DNA from: Octopus vulgaris
Lineage: Eukaryota
NCBI GenBank assembly: GCA_951406725.2
Contig: OX597837.1
Location: forward strand, 19,778,001-19,842,000
Reading direction: 5' to 3'
Length of the DNA stretch: 64,000 nt
The notes under the pieces were generated by a model, which made no database searches, was not told the origin of the DNA, and worked only from the letters and a program-made list of their open reading frames with translations. Positions 11,888 to 29,040 of this stretch are shown piece by piece. Both the position numbers and the translations under genes were made by a program. The first letter of the stretch is position 1. Each line of letters begins with the position of its first letter.

Positions 11888-12411
11888 GGGTATGTATGTA
11901 TATTTATACATATATGTGCTAATGTTTGCATGTATGCATGTATGTATGTATGTACGTATGTTTTGTATGTTTGTATGTATATGCATACATATTTAGCTAT
12001 GTGTATATGTGTATGTATATGTGTGTGTATTTGTGCGTGTATGTATGCATGTATATGTATGTATGTATGTGTACTTGAATACATAGACGGAAGTATGAGA
12101 CAAAGAGAATGTAGATAAGTTGTTATTTAGCCCCAGGTTGTCGATTAGGCGGACTACATGATCAAACGTATTCCATCTCTATTATTCCATTGATTTATGC
12201 GCTTCATTATTCAAAGACAGGGTACGATGCGATATCGTAGATCTACTATTTTTAGTAGATCGATCAACCAGGTAGACTCTCCCTCATTCACACCCATACA
12301 TGCATACGTACATACATGCATACATACATACACACATACATACGTACGTGCATACATACATACATTCTTGCATAAATAAATATATATGTATAAATAGATA
12401 GACAGACACAC

Positions 12412-12442
<31 letters not shown>

Positions 12443-12456
12443 CAGACACACATATT

Positions 12457-12488
<32 letters not shown>

Positions 12489-12553
12489 TACAGACAGACA
12501 GACAGACAGATAGACAGATAGATAGATAGTAGAGTAGACAGACAGACAGTAGG

Positions 12554-12617
<64 letters not shown>

Positions 12618-12744
12618 CACACATATTGATTGATAGATAGATATAGATAGATGGATGGATGGATGGATGGATGGATGGATGGATGGATGGATGGATGGAT
12701 AGATAGATAGATAGATGGACAGACAGACAGGTAGCTAGCTAGAT

Positions 12745-12925
12745 ATTTTTTTGCTTGTTTCAGTCATTGGACTGCGGCCATGCTGGGGCATCATCTTGAA
12801 CAATTAAGTTGAATAAATCGCCTCCAGTACATTTTTTTTTTTTTAGATTTTCTAAGCCTGTTACTTATTCTATCACTTTTTGCCGAAGTAATTGCTTAAT
12901 AACAGCGACATAAACAAAGCAACAC
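12745..12925 (-). mobile_element. SINE family B 3' half
   Basis: gcttgtttcagtcattggactgcggccatgctggggca... matches the family B tail. Confidence 0.7.
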
Positions 12926-13139
12926 CGAGAGAAACAGTATGAGAGGCATGGGGTTATTTAAGCCGGTCCAGAGGGATGTTCCTTATGAACCGGCTTAAAT
13001 AAATGACTGCTCACTATGTTTGTATTGAGTACTTTTTCGGATCGTTAACCGACCACGGAAACACACACACACACACACACAGATATATATATATACGTAT
13101 ATAACATAAATATTATATTATATTATATACGTATATATA

Positions 13140-13171
<32 letters not shown>

Positions 13172-13354
13172 CGTGTGTGTGTGTTTGTATGTGTATGTAG
13201 ATGGGTGTATATATTTTAAAAGAAAACGGTGAATGTATTTTTGCTGTTTGTCTTTTATTCTTATAAATTCTTATATATACATTTTTATATATTCACCCTT
13301 GGGCGGAGGAGGGGGTTCTTTCGACATTTCCGTTACGAGCGAACTTAGCCGTAC

Positions 13355-13470
13355 TGATGACGTGTGATGACGTCACATACCGTCAAATGTTTCGGTTCCT
13401 TTGATGTCAGTGTCTTCTTAAAAAAAAAAACCAGTCTTGGAGCTGTGGTTCTCTCTGCTATAAAGGTGAA
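13355..13470 (+). promoter_or_regulatory. Candidate promoter/enhancer motif cluster
   Basis: TGACGTG 13358, full CRE TGACGTCA 13368-13375, TCF/LEF CCTTTGAT 13398-13405, RUNX TGTGGTT 13444-13450 and TATAAAG 13459-13465 in a unique CpG-containing island followed by (GA)n. Confidence 0.35.
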
Positions 13471-13858
13471 CATATTATTTCAGAGTGAGCGCGATAGAGA
13501 GGGAGAGGGAGAGAGAGAAAGAGAGAGTGAGAGAGAGAGAGAGAGAGTGAGAGAGAGAAAGTGAGAGAGGGTAAGACGGAGAAAGAGAGAGGCAGAGAGA
13601 GTACATACACAGCGAATGCACTCGTTGAACTCGGTTTCTGTTTTAATAGAGTAGTGTAGGAGCTAAGCTACCCTTGTGTCTGTGTGTGCGCGTGTATGTA
13701 TGTGTGTGTATGTATGTATGTATGTATGTGTGTGTGTGTGTGTGTGTGTGTTTGTGTGTTCGGTGGTAAAATTTTGATGACTGTCTTTGTATGTGTGTGT
13801 ATGCGAATCTGTAAATGCGTCTGTGAGCGAGTGTGTCTGTCTGTGCAGACAGTGTACG

Positions 13859-13911
<53 letters not shown>

Positions 13912-14260
13912 GCGCGCGTCTGCAAATTGTGAATACGTTTGTGTCAATGTGTACCATGCTGTGTCTGTGTGTCTGTGGCGAGATGTTTATTGTTTCTGTG
14001 AATGGGTGTGTATATGTGTGGAAATATGTGAATCTATGTGTTTGTGGGAGACGGTGTGTATGTATATATATATATGTATGTATATGTATGTATATGTGTA
14101 TGTGTGCTTGTGTGTCTGTGAGAATGTAGCAGAATGCGACAGTGTTCCTTTAAATGCTTGTGTATATGTGTGCCCGTAACTGAATGTGTATTTTTCTATG
14201 AATGAGTGTGTGTGTATATGTGTACGTGTATCTGTGGCTGGATGTGAGTAGGTTGCCGTG

Positions 14261-14297
<37 letters not shown>

Positions 14298-14497
14298 CTA
14301 TAAGCTGGGTGTGTCTATTTCTGTGAATGAGTGTATGTACGTGTGTAAATAGACACACTCATTCACAAATTGTCTGCGAGACGGTGTCGTGTGTAGTCGC
14401 GTGTATATGTATGTTGCTGTATTTCTGTCTAAATATTCGTGTTCTACTGTGAACGAATGTGTGTGTATGTATGTATGCGTGCGTGTGCGTGTGTGTA

Positions 14498-14546
<49 letters not shown>

Positions 14547-15298
14547 CTGTCATTGGCCATGTGAAAGTATGCATGGGTTTGTGTATCTGTTGTAAACGGT
14601 TCCAATCTATGTGTTTCTTTAAATATGTCTCAGTGTGAATATGTGAATATATTTGTATGAGTGTGTGTACGCGTGTGTGAGTGTGTGCGTGTGCGTGCGT
14701 GTGTGCGTGTACCGTCGCTCATTTCTGTATGCCTCTGCCTGTTATGTGTGTATATGTGTGTATTCTGTTCTCTGTGTCCGTACGAGCAAGTATAACCGCA
14801 TCTGTACGGCGTGTTCGTACGTATATGTATTTGACTGTATGGCCGTAAGTGTATGCATCTCCATTGTGTGTGTGTGTGTATGCTTATGTAGTGGCTTGTG
14901 TGTGTGAATCCTGTAGAGGAATGTGTATGTGTCAGAGTATAAGAGTGTGTGTATGAGATTATATATCTCTCTTTCTCTCAAAGGATGTATATGTTTATGT
15001 AACGGTATGCGTGACGTTCTCTCTCTCTCTCTCTCTCTCTCTCCGCCCGTATCTCCCCCTCACCGTCTTTTCTCTCTCTTTCTTTGTCTTTTTCTTTCTA
15101 TCTTTCTTTCTTTCTCTCATTCATTCTCGCTCTCCATCCCCCCTCTCTCTCTCTCTCTCTCTCTTTGTAGGTATATGACCGTCTGTGATTGTATGTACAT
15201 ACGTACGTATGTATGTATGGGTGTATGTATGTGTAAATATGTGTGTACATAAATATATACATATATGTATGTGTATATATATATATATATATATATAC

Positions 15299-15335
<37 letters not shown>

Positions 15336-15392
15336 GTAAATACATATGTACATACGTATGTACGGGTGTATGTGTGCGTGTATATGTAAGTG

Positions 15393-15433
<41 letters not shown>

Positions 15434-15492
15434 GCATATATATATATATGCATATACATATACATATATATATATGTGTGTGTGTGTGTGTG

Positions 15493-15542
<50 letters not shown>

Positions 15543-15849
15543 ATGTATATACACGAGGATGTATGTATGCATAAACTAATATTTGTGTGTGTGCAGATGT
15601 GTATTGACCAGACGTCGCAGTGTGTTTGGTCGTTGTAGAGTGACATTGTGTCCGTATGTATGTGTGTGTGTGCATGTGTGTGCGTGTGTCCTGTGCTCTT
15701 ACGGATGTACCTGTATGTGTCCGACTATGTCTGCGTATATAACTTAGTGCGCTTGCATGTATGTCACTATATGTGTGGAGTGAGTGACGGAGATTTGACT
15801 CCTATTGTCGTCTTTTCTAATGACCACGCACAGGGTCCGTTTTCTACAC

Positions 15850-15880
<31 letters not shown>

Positions 15881-16131
15881 TACAAATGCACTCACGCATG
15901 AATGTATCTATAATCGTTTACTTGTTTGTCATTAGACTCCAGCCATGCTGGAGCACCGCTTTGAACGGTTTAGTCAAACAAATCAACCGTAGTATTTATT
16001 ACTTTTTAGCCTGGTAGTTATTCTATCGGCCACTCAAGCTGAACCGCTGAGTCACATGAGCGTAAACATACTAACACCGGTTACCAAGCAGTGGTTAGTG
16101 ACAAGCACACACAGAAAGGCATAAACACGTC

Positions 16132-17209
<1,078 letters not shown>

Positions 17210-17370
17210 ACGGGTTTCTTTCAGGTTGTGTCTACCACATCCATTCACAAGGCTTTGATCTGCCCGGGGCTATGGTAGAAGAAACTTACCCAAGGTGCCA
17301 GGCAGTGTGATTGAACCCGAAATCATGTGGTTTGGAGTAAAGTTCTTATCATACAGCCAGCCATGTAGTC

Positions 17371-17476
<106 letters not shown>

Positions 17477-17478
17477 TA

Positions 17479-17918
17479 AAGATAGAGAAATTAAGGCCAA
17501 CAGACCAGATATAGTTGTCAGAGACCATGAAGAAAAAAATGCTTTCTAATTGATGTATCAGTATCGGCAGATGACAACGTGTCTCTAAAAGAAATGGAGA
17601 AACTCTCAAAATACAAAGACCTGGAAATAGAGGTAACTAGAATGTGGAATCTGAAAACAGAAACAATTCCTATCATAGTAGGTGCATTAGGCATGATAAA
17701 AAAATATTCAGACAAATACATAACAAAAACACCAGGACTTACAAACACATATAACATACAGAAAATTGCACTACTAGGCACTGCACACATCCTACGCAGA
17801 ACACTTTCCATACAATAACCATCAGAGCATCACAACAAATCACAGCACATACCCAAGGCACACAGAGCTGCGCTCGGTAGTGAAGTGAAAGCACGCTATA
17901 AAAATAAAAATAAAACTA

Positions 17919-17920
<2 letters not shown>
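17479..17920 (+). mobile_element. R4/Dong-clade LINE, 5'-truncated (REL endonuclease plus 3'UTR)
   Basis: DREIKANRPDIVVRD..FLIDVS..KEMEKLSKYKDLEIEVTRMW..IPIIVGALG is a PD-(D/E)xK REL domain. Flanked on both sides by (TAA)n, the known Dong target. Confidence 0.9.
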
Positions 17921-17977
<57 letters not shown>

Positions 17978-18050
17978 TAATAATAATAATAATAATAATA
18001 ATATTAATAATACTACTACTACTAATAATAATAATAATAATAATAATAAT

Positions 18051-18565
18051 GAAGAGACCAAATGGAGGAATGGGACTGATAAGTGTGGAAGGCTGCGTGC
18101 GTATCGGACTCAAGGGTTTAATGAGATACCTAGCTTAAAGTAAGGAAACCTTGCTAGTGACAGTTAGGAACGAGGGAGTATTGAAAGCAGAGGAAAAAGG
18201 AAAAAACAAAGAAAGAAGTACAAACAGGACATGAAGAAGAATTACGCAACAAGGGACTACACAATCGATCCCATGTAGCCACAACGGAAGTTGCTGGAAT
18301 AAATAGGTGGGACTGGCTGATAAAAGGAACCCTAAAAAAGAGACCGAGAGCACTATACTAGCAGCGCAGGACCATGCTTTGACCAGGAACTGGAGGGTCA
18401 ACCTTAGGAATCAGCAAGTGTCTCCGCTGTGCCGCATCTGTAATAGAGTGGATGAGACCACTGCCCATATCACGAACGAATGCCTTAGACTTGCTCAAAA
18501 CCACTACAAGTTGTGGCGACACGACCAGGTAGCGAGAGTGCTACATTGGAAACTATGCGAAAAGT
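18051..18565 (+). mobile_element. R4/Dong-clade LINE fragment (CCHC knuckle)
   Basis: KKETESTILAAQD...CRICNRVDETTAHITNEC..RHDQVARVLHWKLC; begins in (TAA)n. Confidence 0.85.
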
Positions 18566-18583
18566 TATATATATATATATATA

Positions 18584-18614
<31 letters not shown>

Positions 18615-18818
18615 AGGATAAAATTTTCGAAAAAATTTTATCAGTGGCCAGCATATTAAAAAATACCATTACAGGCTAAATTTATAAACAAGGGCAAAAG
18701 AAAAAGATTCCAATGCCAAATATGCCGAAAATAGACTTAAATCGTCAAAAACCATATAATTCATCACTATAAGCACACGTCTCGAAGGAAGCCGACAGAA
18801 TTTTTTTGTGAATTTTCC

Positions 18819-18942
<124 letters not shown>

Positions 18943-18950
18943 ATCTATAG

Positions 18951-20440
<1,490 letters not shown>

Positions 20441-20458
20441 CCCCCCTCTCTCTCTCTC

Positions 20459-20497
<39 letters not shown>

Positions 20498-20759
20498 ATA
20501 CGAGGGATTCGAAAGATGGAACAGATCTCACATTAAGCTCTCTGCCAAGTCCATGGTCTTGATTGATGTTAGAGTAAACAATTCGCGTCGTTCTGAAAAT
20601 CCAAGAGATACAATGGTGGAGAGATTGTATACAAATAGAATAGGCAAGAGAAGTGAGGTTTTACTACCATGAATAATTCTGATGATTAGTCTGTTAGTTA
20701 TCTTCTCGTCATCCTTGTATATATGGATATTCACACACATATATATATATGTATATATG

Positions 20760-20838
<79 letters not shown>

Positions 20839-21009
20839 CTGTGTGTGTGTATATCTTATATATAATATATACATATATATATATTTATATGCACACTTCA
20901 TATATAAATATATATATATATGTATGTACGTATGTATGTATGTATGTATGTATGTATGTATGTATGTATGTATGTATGTATGTATGTATGTATAAGTGCA
21001 TCAATATAG

Positions 21010-21410
21010 TGAGCGTGTATTCTACTGTGATTTGGAATCTAAAATTTTTATGCAGGGTTTCCCAGAATATTTCGATGAGTTTCGTAGTGCGGTTGAAGAG
21101 ATTTAAAAAGGTCCTCTTTTCCGTACATGCCTCATCCATCCTCAGAAAATGTTTTTTCATGTAAATGATAACGTCCGATGTGCTCTCTAATCTCTGCTGA
21201 CTCTCTGTTACCTAAGCTATCATCGGGGAACTCACCGGAGTGCTTGTCATTCCAGATAGAATTGTTGTTTAACGAACATTTTGAGATCCAGTGGGATGGT
21301 ATAGATTTCTTGATCTGTGACGAGTGTCACTGTTTTGGATTAGACTACATCAAAGATGTCACACCGATTCTACCTTTGCAATTTCACCAAGCGAAAACAT
21401 TTCTGCAACA
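21010..21410 (-). mobile_element. Decayed CR1-like LINE RT C-terminal fragment
   Basis: Minus-strand remnants resemble Y.TLV.P.LEY.SSIW...LE.VQR; many stops. Confidence 0.35.
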
Positions 21411-21889
21411 GTAATTCTTCCGTGAATTCACCTACATTCTTCTTCCCCGGTTTGTCAAGTCAATCCTTTTCATTTCCATATCTATTTTTCATCCTTTCAG
21501 CCATCCATGTTTTATTTTATGATTTAATAGCTTTCGCCATTCACCATTCACCAAATAACCAATCAATAATCCTCCGTAGTATTGTGTATGGTCGGCACTT
21601 AGTTTCCATTTACCAATGTCCTATCAAAAGTGCCTTTGTGCAGATACGCTCTTTTGCACACGGGTGCATTCGTTAATGTGGGCATGGCGTGTGAGTGCAC
21701 ATATTTGTATAGAGGTGCCACTTGTTTACGTGTATGTATGCATGTATGTATATATGTGTGCGTGCGTGCGCGCGCGTGTACATGACATAATATATATATA
21801 TTATGAGTAGACAAACGAAAGAAGGGCACTCAACACATTTATTGGGAGTTACATATATGGATCAAAACGGTTTGATCCATATATATATA

Positions 21890-22441
21890 TAGGTTGTTTC
21901 TAATGAAATGTCACATTCTTTTGGAAACCCAATTATGTATACCTTGCATTTAATCTTGACTCCTTTTCTTTCCCAACAATATTGGTAAACAAAATTCGTA
22001 CCCACAGACCTTATGAAAATGATAACAACCAAACCACGTTGAGTGATTTTTGGAAAAGTCAAGAAAACTGAACCAGGTTCTGAACCAGATTCAGAAATAC
22101 TGTCCAAAATTTGCAAAGCCAGAATTGAGATTTTGCAACACCCTCCCTATTCCTCTGATATCTCTCCTACTGATCATCACTTATTTAAGCATTTTGAGAT
22201 TTTCATAAGCAATAAAACATTTTTTAAATATAGAAGAGGTAATTGAAGCATTCGGACAGGTTATCACAGCAAAAGATGAATTTTATTTATTAAAGATGGA
22301 ATATATGACATAGAGAAACGTTGGGCAGAGGTCATAAAGGGACATGGATCATACTTTGATTAAATAAATCAGTTCTCTAACACTTCTGCAACATTTTATT
22401 GTTACCTCTCCAAATACGACATTTCATGTGAAACAATCTGA
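21890..22441 (+). mobile_element. Internally deleted mariner element
   Basis: TIRs aggttgtttctaatgaaatgtc / gacatttcatgtgaaacaatct. EILQHPPYSSDISPTDHHLF corresponds to the mariner YSPDLAP.D motif. Confidence 0.85.
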
Positions 22442-22443
22442 TA

Positions 22444-22510
<67 letters not shown>

Positions 22511-23311
22511 ACACATACATAAATCATATATACATACGTATATATACATACTTACATGTATACGTATAGACACATACATAGGTGGGCACAAGACATCACA
22601 AAACATAAACAACAAAAAATACGAAATATGAATACATGGAATATGAAATTTTTTTGCGAACAACGAAAGAAACGAATGGAAAACAAGATAAACAACATAA
22701 ATAACAACCTTGCATCAGTTGTCGTCTGTTTTTCTAATCTGTATTTCGAGCAGACTAGGACTAGGATTTTCCCTCGTTACTCATGGGGCAGACACCAGGA
22801 AAAATAGTTTGTCTCATAAGTATTTAAATTTTATGTACATATATCACATTTAAACATCCCAAAATGGCTACCACACATAATTATACCACGTGATAAAACA
22901 GTACATTCACAAAATAAGTACCACACAGAATCAAAACACACAACTAAATGTGCAAGATGAAGAAAATCATTAGACTAGCGCACAATTAAGAGGTGGAAGT
23001 GTCTTAAGTAATTAAATAATTAGGAAAATAATGGCAGACACAACAACGACAGTTGCTAGTCTTATATGATTCCAAATACTGCAGCCCGTTCAGATATCAT
23101 CTGGGGGAAAACAAAGGTAGCCATAACACTAAGTGAACAAGCAGAATTCTTGGACTTATCACGGTTACAAGGAAATAAAATTATTGTTTGTGAAACTCTG
23201 TAGAAACCGAACATTTCTTTTCTCCTGGAAAGGTTCCAGGGGTGGGGAGGAAAAAAGAAGAAGAATGAGGAGGAGGGGGAGGAGGAGGAGAAGGAGGAGG
23301 AGGAGGAGGAG

Positions 23312-23342
<31 letters not shown>

Positions 23343-23894
23343 GGTGAAGAAGAAGAAGAAGAAGAAGAGGGGGAGAAGAAGAAGAAGAAGGAGGAGGAGG
23401 AGGAGAGGTGAAGAAGAAGAAGATGAGGGGGAGAAGAATAATAATAAAAAGAAGACGAAGGAGGAGGGGGAGGAAAGATGATGAAGAAGGAGGAGGAGAA
23501 GAAGAAGATAATGAAGAAGAAGTAGGAGGGGCAAGAGATGAAGAAGAAGAAGAAGAAGAAGAATAAAGAAGAAGAAGAAGAAGAAGAAAAAGAAGAAGAA
23601 GATGATGATGATGATGAAGAAGAAGATGAAGATGATGAAGAAGAAGAAGAAGAAGAAGAAGAAGAAGGAGGAGGAGGAGGAGGAGGGGGGGGACAGGGAA
23701 AGATATAATTACAAACGAAGATACAAAAGGAAAAAAGGGGAAAAAAATATAGAAAAAATACAAAAAAATGACTGAACATAGAATGACGAAAGTAGGTGAG
23801 GAGAAACAATTTCTTTTCGACAACAGCGAAATTACATTCCTCAGGAAAATAACGAAGGAAATACAGATGACGAGGATGGACAGATACACGTTTC

Positions 23895-24100
23895 GAAATT
23901 TGACACAAAGTCAGCAATTTGGCGGGGAAGGGTTAAGTCGATCATATCTGTCCCGGTGCTCGAGTGGTACTTATTTTATCGACCCAGAAAGGATAAAAGG
24001 CAAGGTCGACCTCGGCGAAATTTGAACCGGGAACGTAAGGACGGACGAAATGTTGCAAAGCATTTTTTTTTAAAGACGTGCAAACGATGCTGCTTCCGGT
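23895..24100 (-). mobile_element. SINE family A
   Basis: ggtacttattttatcgacccagaaaggataaaaggcaaggtcgacctcggcg core. Confidence 0.8.
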
Positions 24101-24375
24101 GCAGATGGACTAATATTCACTTGTCTTCGAAAATTATACAATCAATTAATAGAAAAATTTGATCACCTGTGATATTACGAACTCTCCGAAAGAGAATTTT
24201 GAAACAATTATTATTGTTGTTCTTGTTGTTATCATCCTCACTACGACCAAATTTAAACGCAAGCGCTGGGGTCGATATGGTGGATTACATTCTTAAAGTT
24301 TTTGTCTTACAATCGCCGAATGACTTACACTAGTAAAAGAACGAAATAGAACGAAAAGGACAGACAGACAAACAC

Positions 24376-24427
<52 letters not shown>

Positions 24428-24662
24428 ACACACACACACACACACAAATAAACAAACACACAGTCATTGCATTTGTAATTCCAATCGAAGGCAGGAAAAA
24501 GAAGAGAGCAACCAGCGGTTATCGAAGAACGCATTCAATCGTATCCCGGATGATTTGGAAAAGCTTAAGCTCTCTGAATTGTACTTATAAATGTTTTATT
24601 GAAGAAACCAAAAGTATTTACCTCCCCTTAATTCACATGAGGATCATCATTAATATATTACC

Positions 24663-24892
24663 TATTTCTTTATTACCCACAAGGGGCTAAACACAGAGGG
24701 GACAAACAAGGACAGACATAGTTATTAAGTCGATTATATTGACCCCAGTGCGTAACTGGTACTTATTTAATCGACCCCGAAAGGATGAAAGGCAAAGTCG
24801 ACCTCGGCGGAATTTGAACTCACAACGTAACCACAGACGAAATACGGCTACGCATTTCGCCCGGTGTGCTAACGTTTCTGCCAGCTCGCCGC
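24663..24892 (-). mobile_element. Full-length SINE family A with 15-bp TSD
   Basis: Complete head, core and tail; cattaatatattacc at 24648-24662 and 24902-24916. Confidence 0.92.
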
Positions 24893-25509
24893 TTTTTCTG
24901 CCATTAATATATTACCAGTTAATCAACAGAAACAAGCTGCTCTATCAGTGTGTAACAATGCCCAGATCACACTGAAGTTTCTATATACTTATAAATGGAG
25001 TCCACTGGACACTGTTATATAATCATCACAACAAACATGAGCAATCAACGTCGCCCATTGTCTCCCTTGATAAAGGACTTTCAGTATGTTTCCCGCCACA
25101 ACAACAATTAACTTGTACAACACGGCAGTCGAATAAAGTATCTCGTATCGTTAACACGTTGTTTCAGTCTCTCTTATTTTCTTAATCTTTCATACTAAAT
25201 ACTCACTACTTCCTTTAATACTCAATACTATATATATAACAACAACAGACACGAATAGTAATTAGTGATAATATGGTATTAGCTGTTGTAAAAAATATTG
25301 TACATACGAGAAGCAATTTTGTAGTTTTACCCCTTTTTTTTACATTTAGAGTAAACGCTTGTATGCTGACGGAGTTGCTGCTCAGTAACACTCATCGATG
25401 TAAGCTACAAAACTCCCACACAACAGAACCAGTTTTGTTGAGTCAGATGTTGCGGCGCTGGGTCAGATGTCTCTACCATCCACAATGCTCGATCTTTCTG
25501 CACCACTCG

Positions 25510-25562
<53 letters not shown>

Positions 25563-26004
25563 GTCTGTCTCTCTTTCTCTCTTGAGTCAGACGTAATGGT
25601 AAGCTCAGCTTTCTGAGCTGTTTCTGACAATTTTCTGGCAACATCTTTTTTTCCTTCGCATCTAGTCCAAGGTTTCTAAGCATCGAGTGAACCCTGGTTC
25701 CAGCAAATCCTTTAGATGTTTACTACTAGGAGAATACATAAAATAGTGTGATAACACTATCACCACCACCACCACTACAGCCTCCACCACCACCACCACC
25801 ACCACTACCCCCACTACAACAACAACAACAACAGCAACAATAATTGTTTCAAATTTTGGCACAAGACCAGCACATTTAGATGTAGGGTCGATGGTGTGAT
25901 AACGCTGCAAGAGAAGACAAACAATGATTAATTTTGATCTCCCATTTGAAGTTTGACAGAGACGAGGAAAAAAGATTACATATCGATTATGTATCGTTAA
26001 AATA

Positions 26005-26216
26005 TTGGTTTCAAATTTAGGCGCAAGGCCAGTAATTTTCGGGAAGGGGTAGGCCGATTACATCGACCCCAGTGCTCAAACGGTACTTATTTTATCGATC
26101 CAAACTGATGAAATGCAAAGTCGACCTCGGCGAGAATTGAACTCAGACGTAAAGATGGACGAAATGCTGTTGAGCATTTTGCCTGAGGTGCTAACGATTC
26201 TGCCAGCTCACCGCCT
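26005..26216 (-). mobile_element. SINE family A
   Basis: Core plus head ...ctaacgattctgccagctcaccgcc. Confidence 0.82.
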
Positions 26217-28070
26217 TATATATCAGTAAAATATTAATCATAAGAAATGAAACAATATCAGAGCAATATTAGAAGGTACTAAAAGTGGTATTATTTTAAA
26301 TATAACTAAATATATAAAAAACAAGACTTTTGGTGCCAAACTGTACTTTCTAAGTAACACAATAAGTTACAAATTAGGAAACTGGAATAAAAACATCTTT
26401 AATTGTTTAAGAAAAAGAGTAAAACTTCGTCGTGGAGGAAAATATGTGATTGAAAGAAAGTTAGGTGTGTTATCCTCATCATGACGATGGTGATGATGTT
26501 GATGATGGTGACCGAAAGAAAACGTTGATGAACATGATGATGATGATGTTGTTGTTGTTATCCTTCTTACGCTCGCGCGCGCTCGGACACCTTCGCACAC
26601 ATACATGTACATATTCTTCGCATTCAGAGTTGGTTGCAGCTTTACAACTCCTGCTAGGCACCAGTTTATTTCCTCACGAAGCAAAGAAGTTTTCAATAAA
26701 CCAAGCATTTACTCCATACATACATATTCTTGTTTATATGTAAATATGCATGCATGTGTGTTTGTATATGTATACATATGCATGTATATATACATATATA
26801 CGTACAAAATAGTCTAACTTGGACTACTAACCAGGACATTGGTTCTCAGTTTGTGGCTCATAATTTTGAAGTAAAAAAGCAGGAAATCGTCGCAAATCTG
26901 ATTTACAAACAGGAGAAGGATACAGAAAAACTATAAACTAAATAAATGCCTCAACCGATGGAGGCTTCGTGGAATTAACCAGATCTTCAAGGCATCATAG
27001 CTAGAACACTATTTGATGAAATCTGTGGAAAGGATAATCCCGAGAGTACAAACATATGAAGTGGCATAGAGGGTATAAATCCACATTACAAAGAAAACTT
27101 GTGGAATTTTTCTTCAATAAAATGCAAGTACAACAGAGCAAAGATAATACTCTGGGTTTAGGAAAAGAAATTATGAACAGTAGTTGGAGAAATTTGTCCA
27201 GCAGATATCAACTCAATGTTAAAGGTTAATGAAGAAATGAACCTCTGCCGAAGTGATGAGAAATTAGAAGGTACTTCATCCAGATTACAACTTTAGATTT
27301 CTATCAATATTTATCGAACCAGATGGCTACGTGTCTAACTGTTACAGTACTAACCTTGAGAAGGTGAGATTCACAAAAACCAGAAAGAACCCTCCTAAAC
27401 AGATTACAAATAGAAACTGTCAATGGTGCTGTGAAAATATGAAGTTCAGCATCAAATAGGATCCACACAGGCAACGGCATCGATGCTTGCATACATGTGG
27501 CCATACATGTATCTATAGATGTACATGCATGCATACGTACAAGCGTACATCCATATAGACACACAAGAATAACCTGTTTGATGCCGGCTAAATTCCAGTG
27601 ATAGTCTTGTTTCTCGGCTAGAAACCGGCTCTTTGTCTATTGTTGAGAAATTCTAAAAATAAGACAACATACATACATATATACTTGTATGCATTCATAC
27701 ATACATATATACATACATACATACATACATACATACATACATACATACATACATACATACGTACATGCATACATACGTACGTACATACATACATACTTAA
27801 TACATACATACATATTCACATATATCTATCTATCTACCAATCTATCTATCTATCTATAGATACGTACATACATACGAGTGCGTGTGTGTGCATGTGTGTG
27901 TGTGTGTGTGTGTGTGTGTCTGTGTGTTTTATACTTAGAAGCGATGCACATTACCAGAATTTCCATCTCAAGTTGAATAGAACAAACCACTCCAAATCCT
28001 TGTTATCGTAACCATCCGAATGGAGTTAGGACTGGCTCGCTTGTACTGGCATAGAGTTGTATATTGTTTG

Positions 28071-28365
28071 ATAATGAAGTCAAACTGAATGATGATATTT
28101 TGAGTACCTTTAATATGCATGTTTCAGACAATTGCGCAATAGGTAAAAAGGGAATTTCATCACTTACGCCATATTTTCATCCGTACGTATCAAAATATTT
28201 CGATATCTTAAGACATATGCCAGTTAAGATTTAATTTCTATGTCTTAACTGATGAAAATTTTGCGTAAGAGATGAAATTCCATTTTTAAAAATTTATTGT
28301 GAAATTACCTGAAACCTAAGTATCAGATGCGTTCAATATATTATTTCTTTGTTTGCCTTCATTAT
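28071..28365. mobile_element. Old fold-back/MITE-like imperfect palindrome
   Basis: ataatgaagtcaaac...ggaatttcatcacttacg is mirrored by cgtaagagatgaaattcc...gtttgccttcattat. Confidence 0.6.
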
Positions 28366-28799
28366 TACGCAAAAATCAAAATATACATATACACACACTT
28401 GATAATGAATGGGAAACGAACTGATCACCGTACAGTTATTAAATACAAGTGGAAGTTAATGGTTCGTACTGTGAATACTTTGGGGCTCAGGATAACAGAG
28501 ATATGAAAATATCCCCAGCCTGTAGTATATAATGAATGAAAGAGCATCTATGGTGTCACATGAGTTGCTAGAACCAGTAGTCAAACCTCACTCAATTCAC
28601 ATCGTACCGTATTAAGTAAAGGTATCAACATCACAGTCTAGTCGCTGATGTAGAAAAAGGAAAGGTTGGTTATGTTGGGAAAGCCTGTGACCAGATGCCT
28701 GTTTAATCAGCGCCGTACTATAACTAATACGTCTCCTCACCATTGTTGTCATCATTGCTGTAGTCATTGTCATCATCTTCATAAAAAAATAATAATAAA

Positions 28800-29040
28800 T
28801 GCGCCCTTTTTAAAGTCTAGCCAGGCTCATGGGCCCGGTTTCCCGGTTTCAATGGCGTATGTGTTCCCCAGCTGGACGGGACGCCAGTCCATCGCAGCGT
28901 TACTCACTTTTGCCAGCTGAATGGACTGGAGCAACGTGAAATGAAGTGTTTTGCTCAAGAACACAACGCGTCGCCTGGTCCAGGAATCGAAACCACAATC
29001 TTACGATCATGGTGCTGACGCCCTAACCACTAAGCCACGC
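28800..29040 (-). mobile_element. tRNA-derived SINE family C (CORE-like)
   Basis: Minus strand: A-box tggcttagtgg, B-box gtttcgattcc, then ttgagcaaaacacttcatttcacgttgctccagtcc. Homologous copy at 63460-63690. Confidence 0.85.

Noticed and set aside
20500-20740. TA-flanked segment containing ctgatga
   Set aside because: Probably a decayed PLE end, but the hammerhead cannot be completed.
21853-21885. 14-bp stem hairpin next to a mariner TIR
   Set aside because: Short and partly AT-repeat; most likely an insertion-associated fold-back.
23062-23917. Long Ser/Leu/Pro- or Glu/Arg-rich ORFs
   Set aside because: A (GAA/GGA)n purine tract.
28990-29040. tRNA genes in SINE heads
   Set aside because: A and B boxes are present but continue into SINE bodies; no complete cloverleaf is evident.
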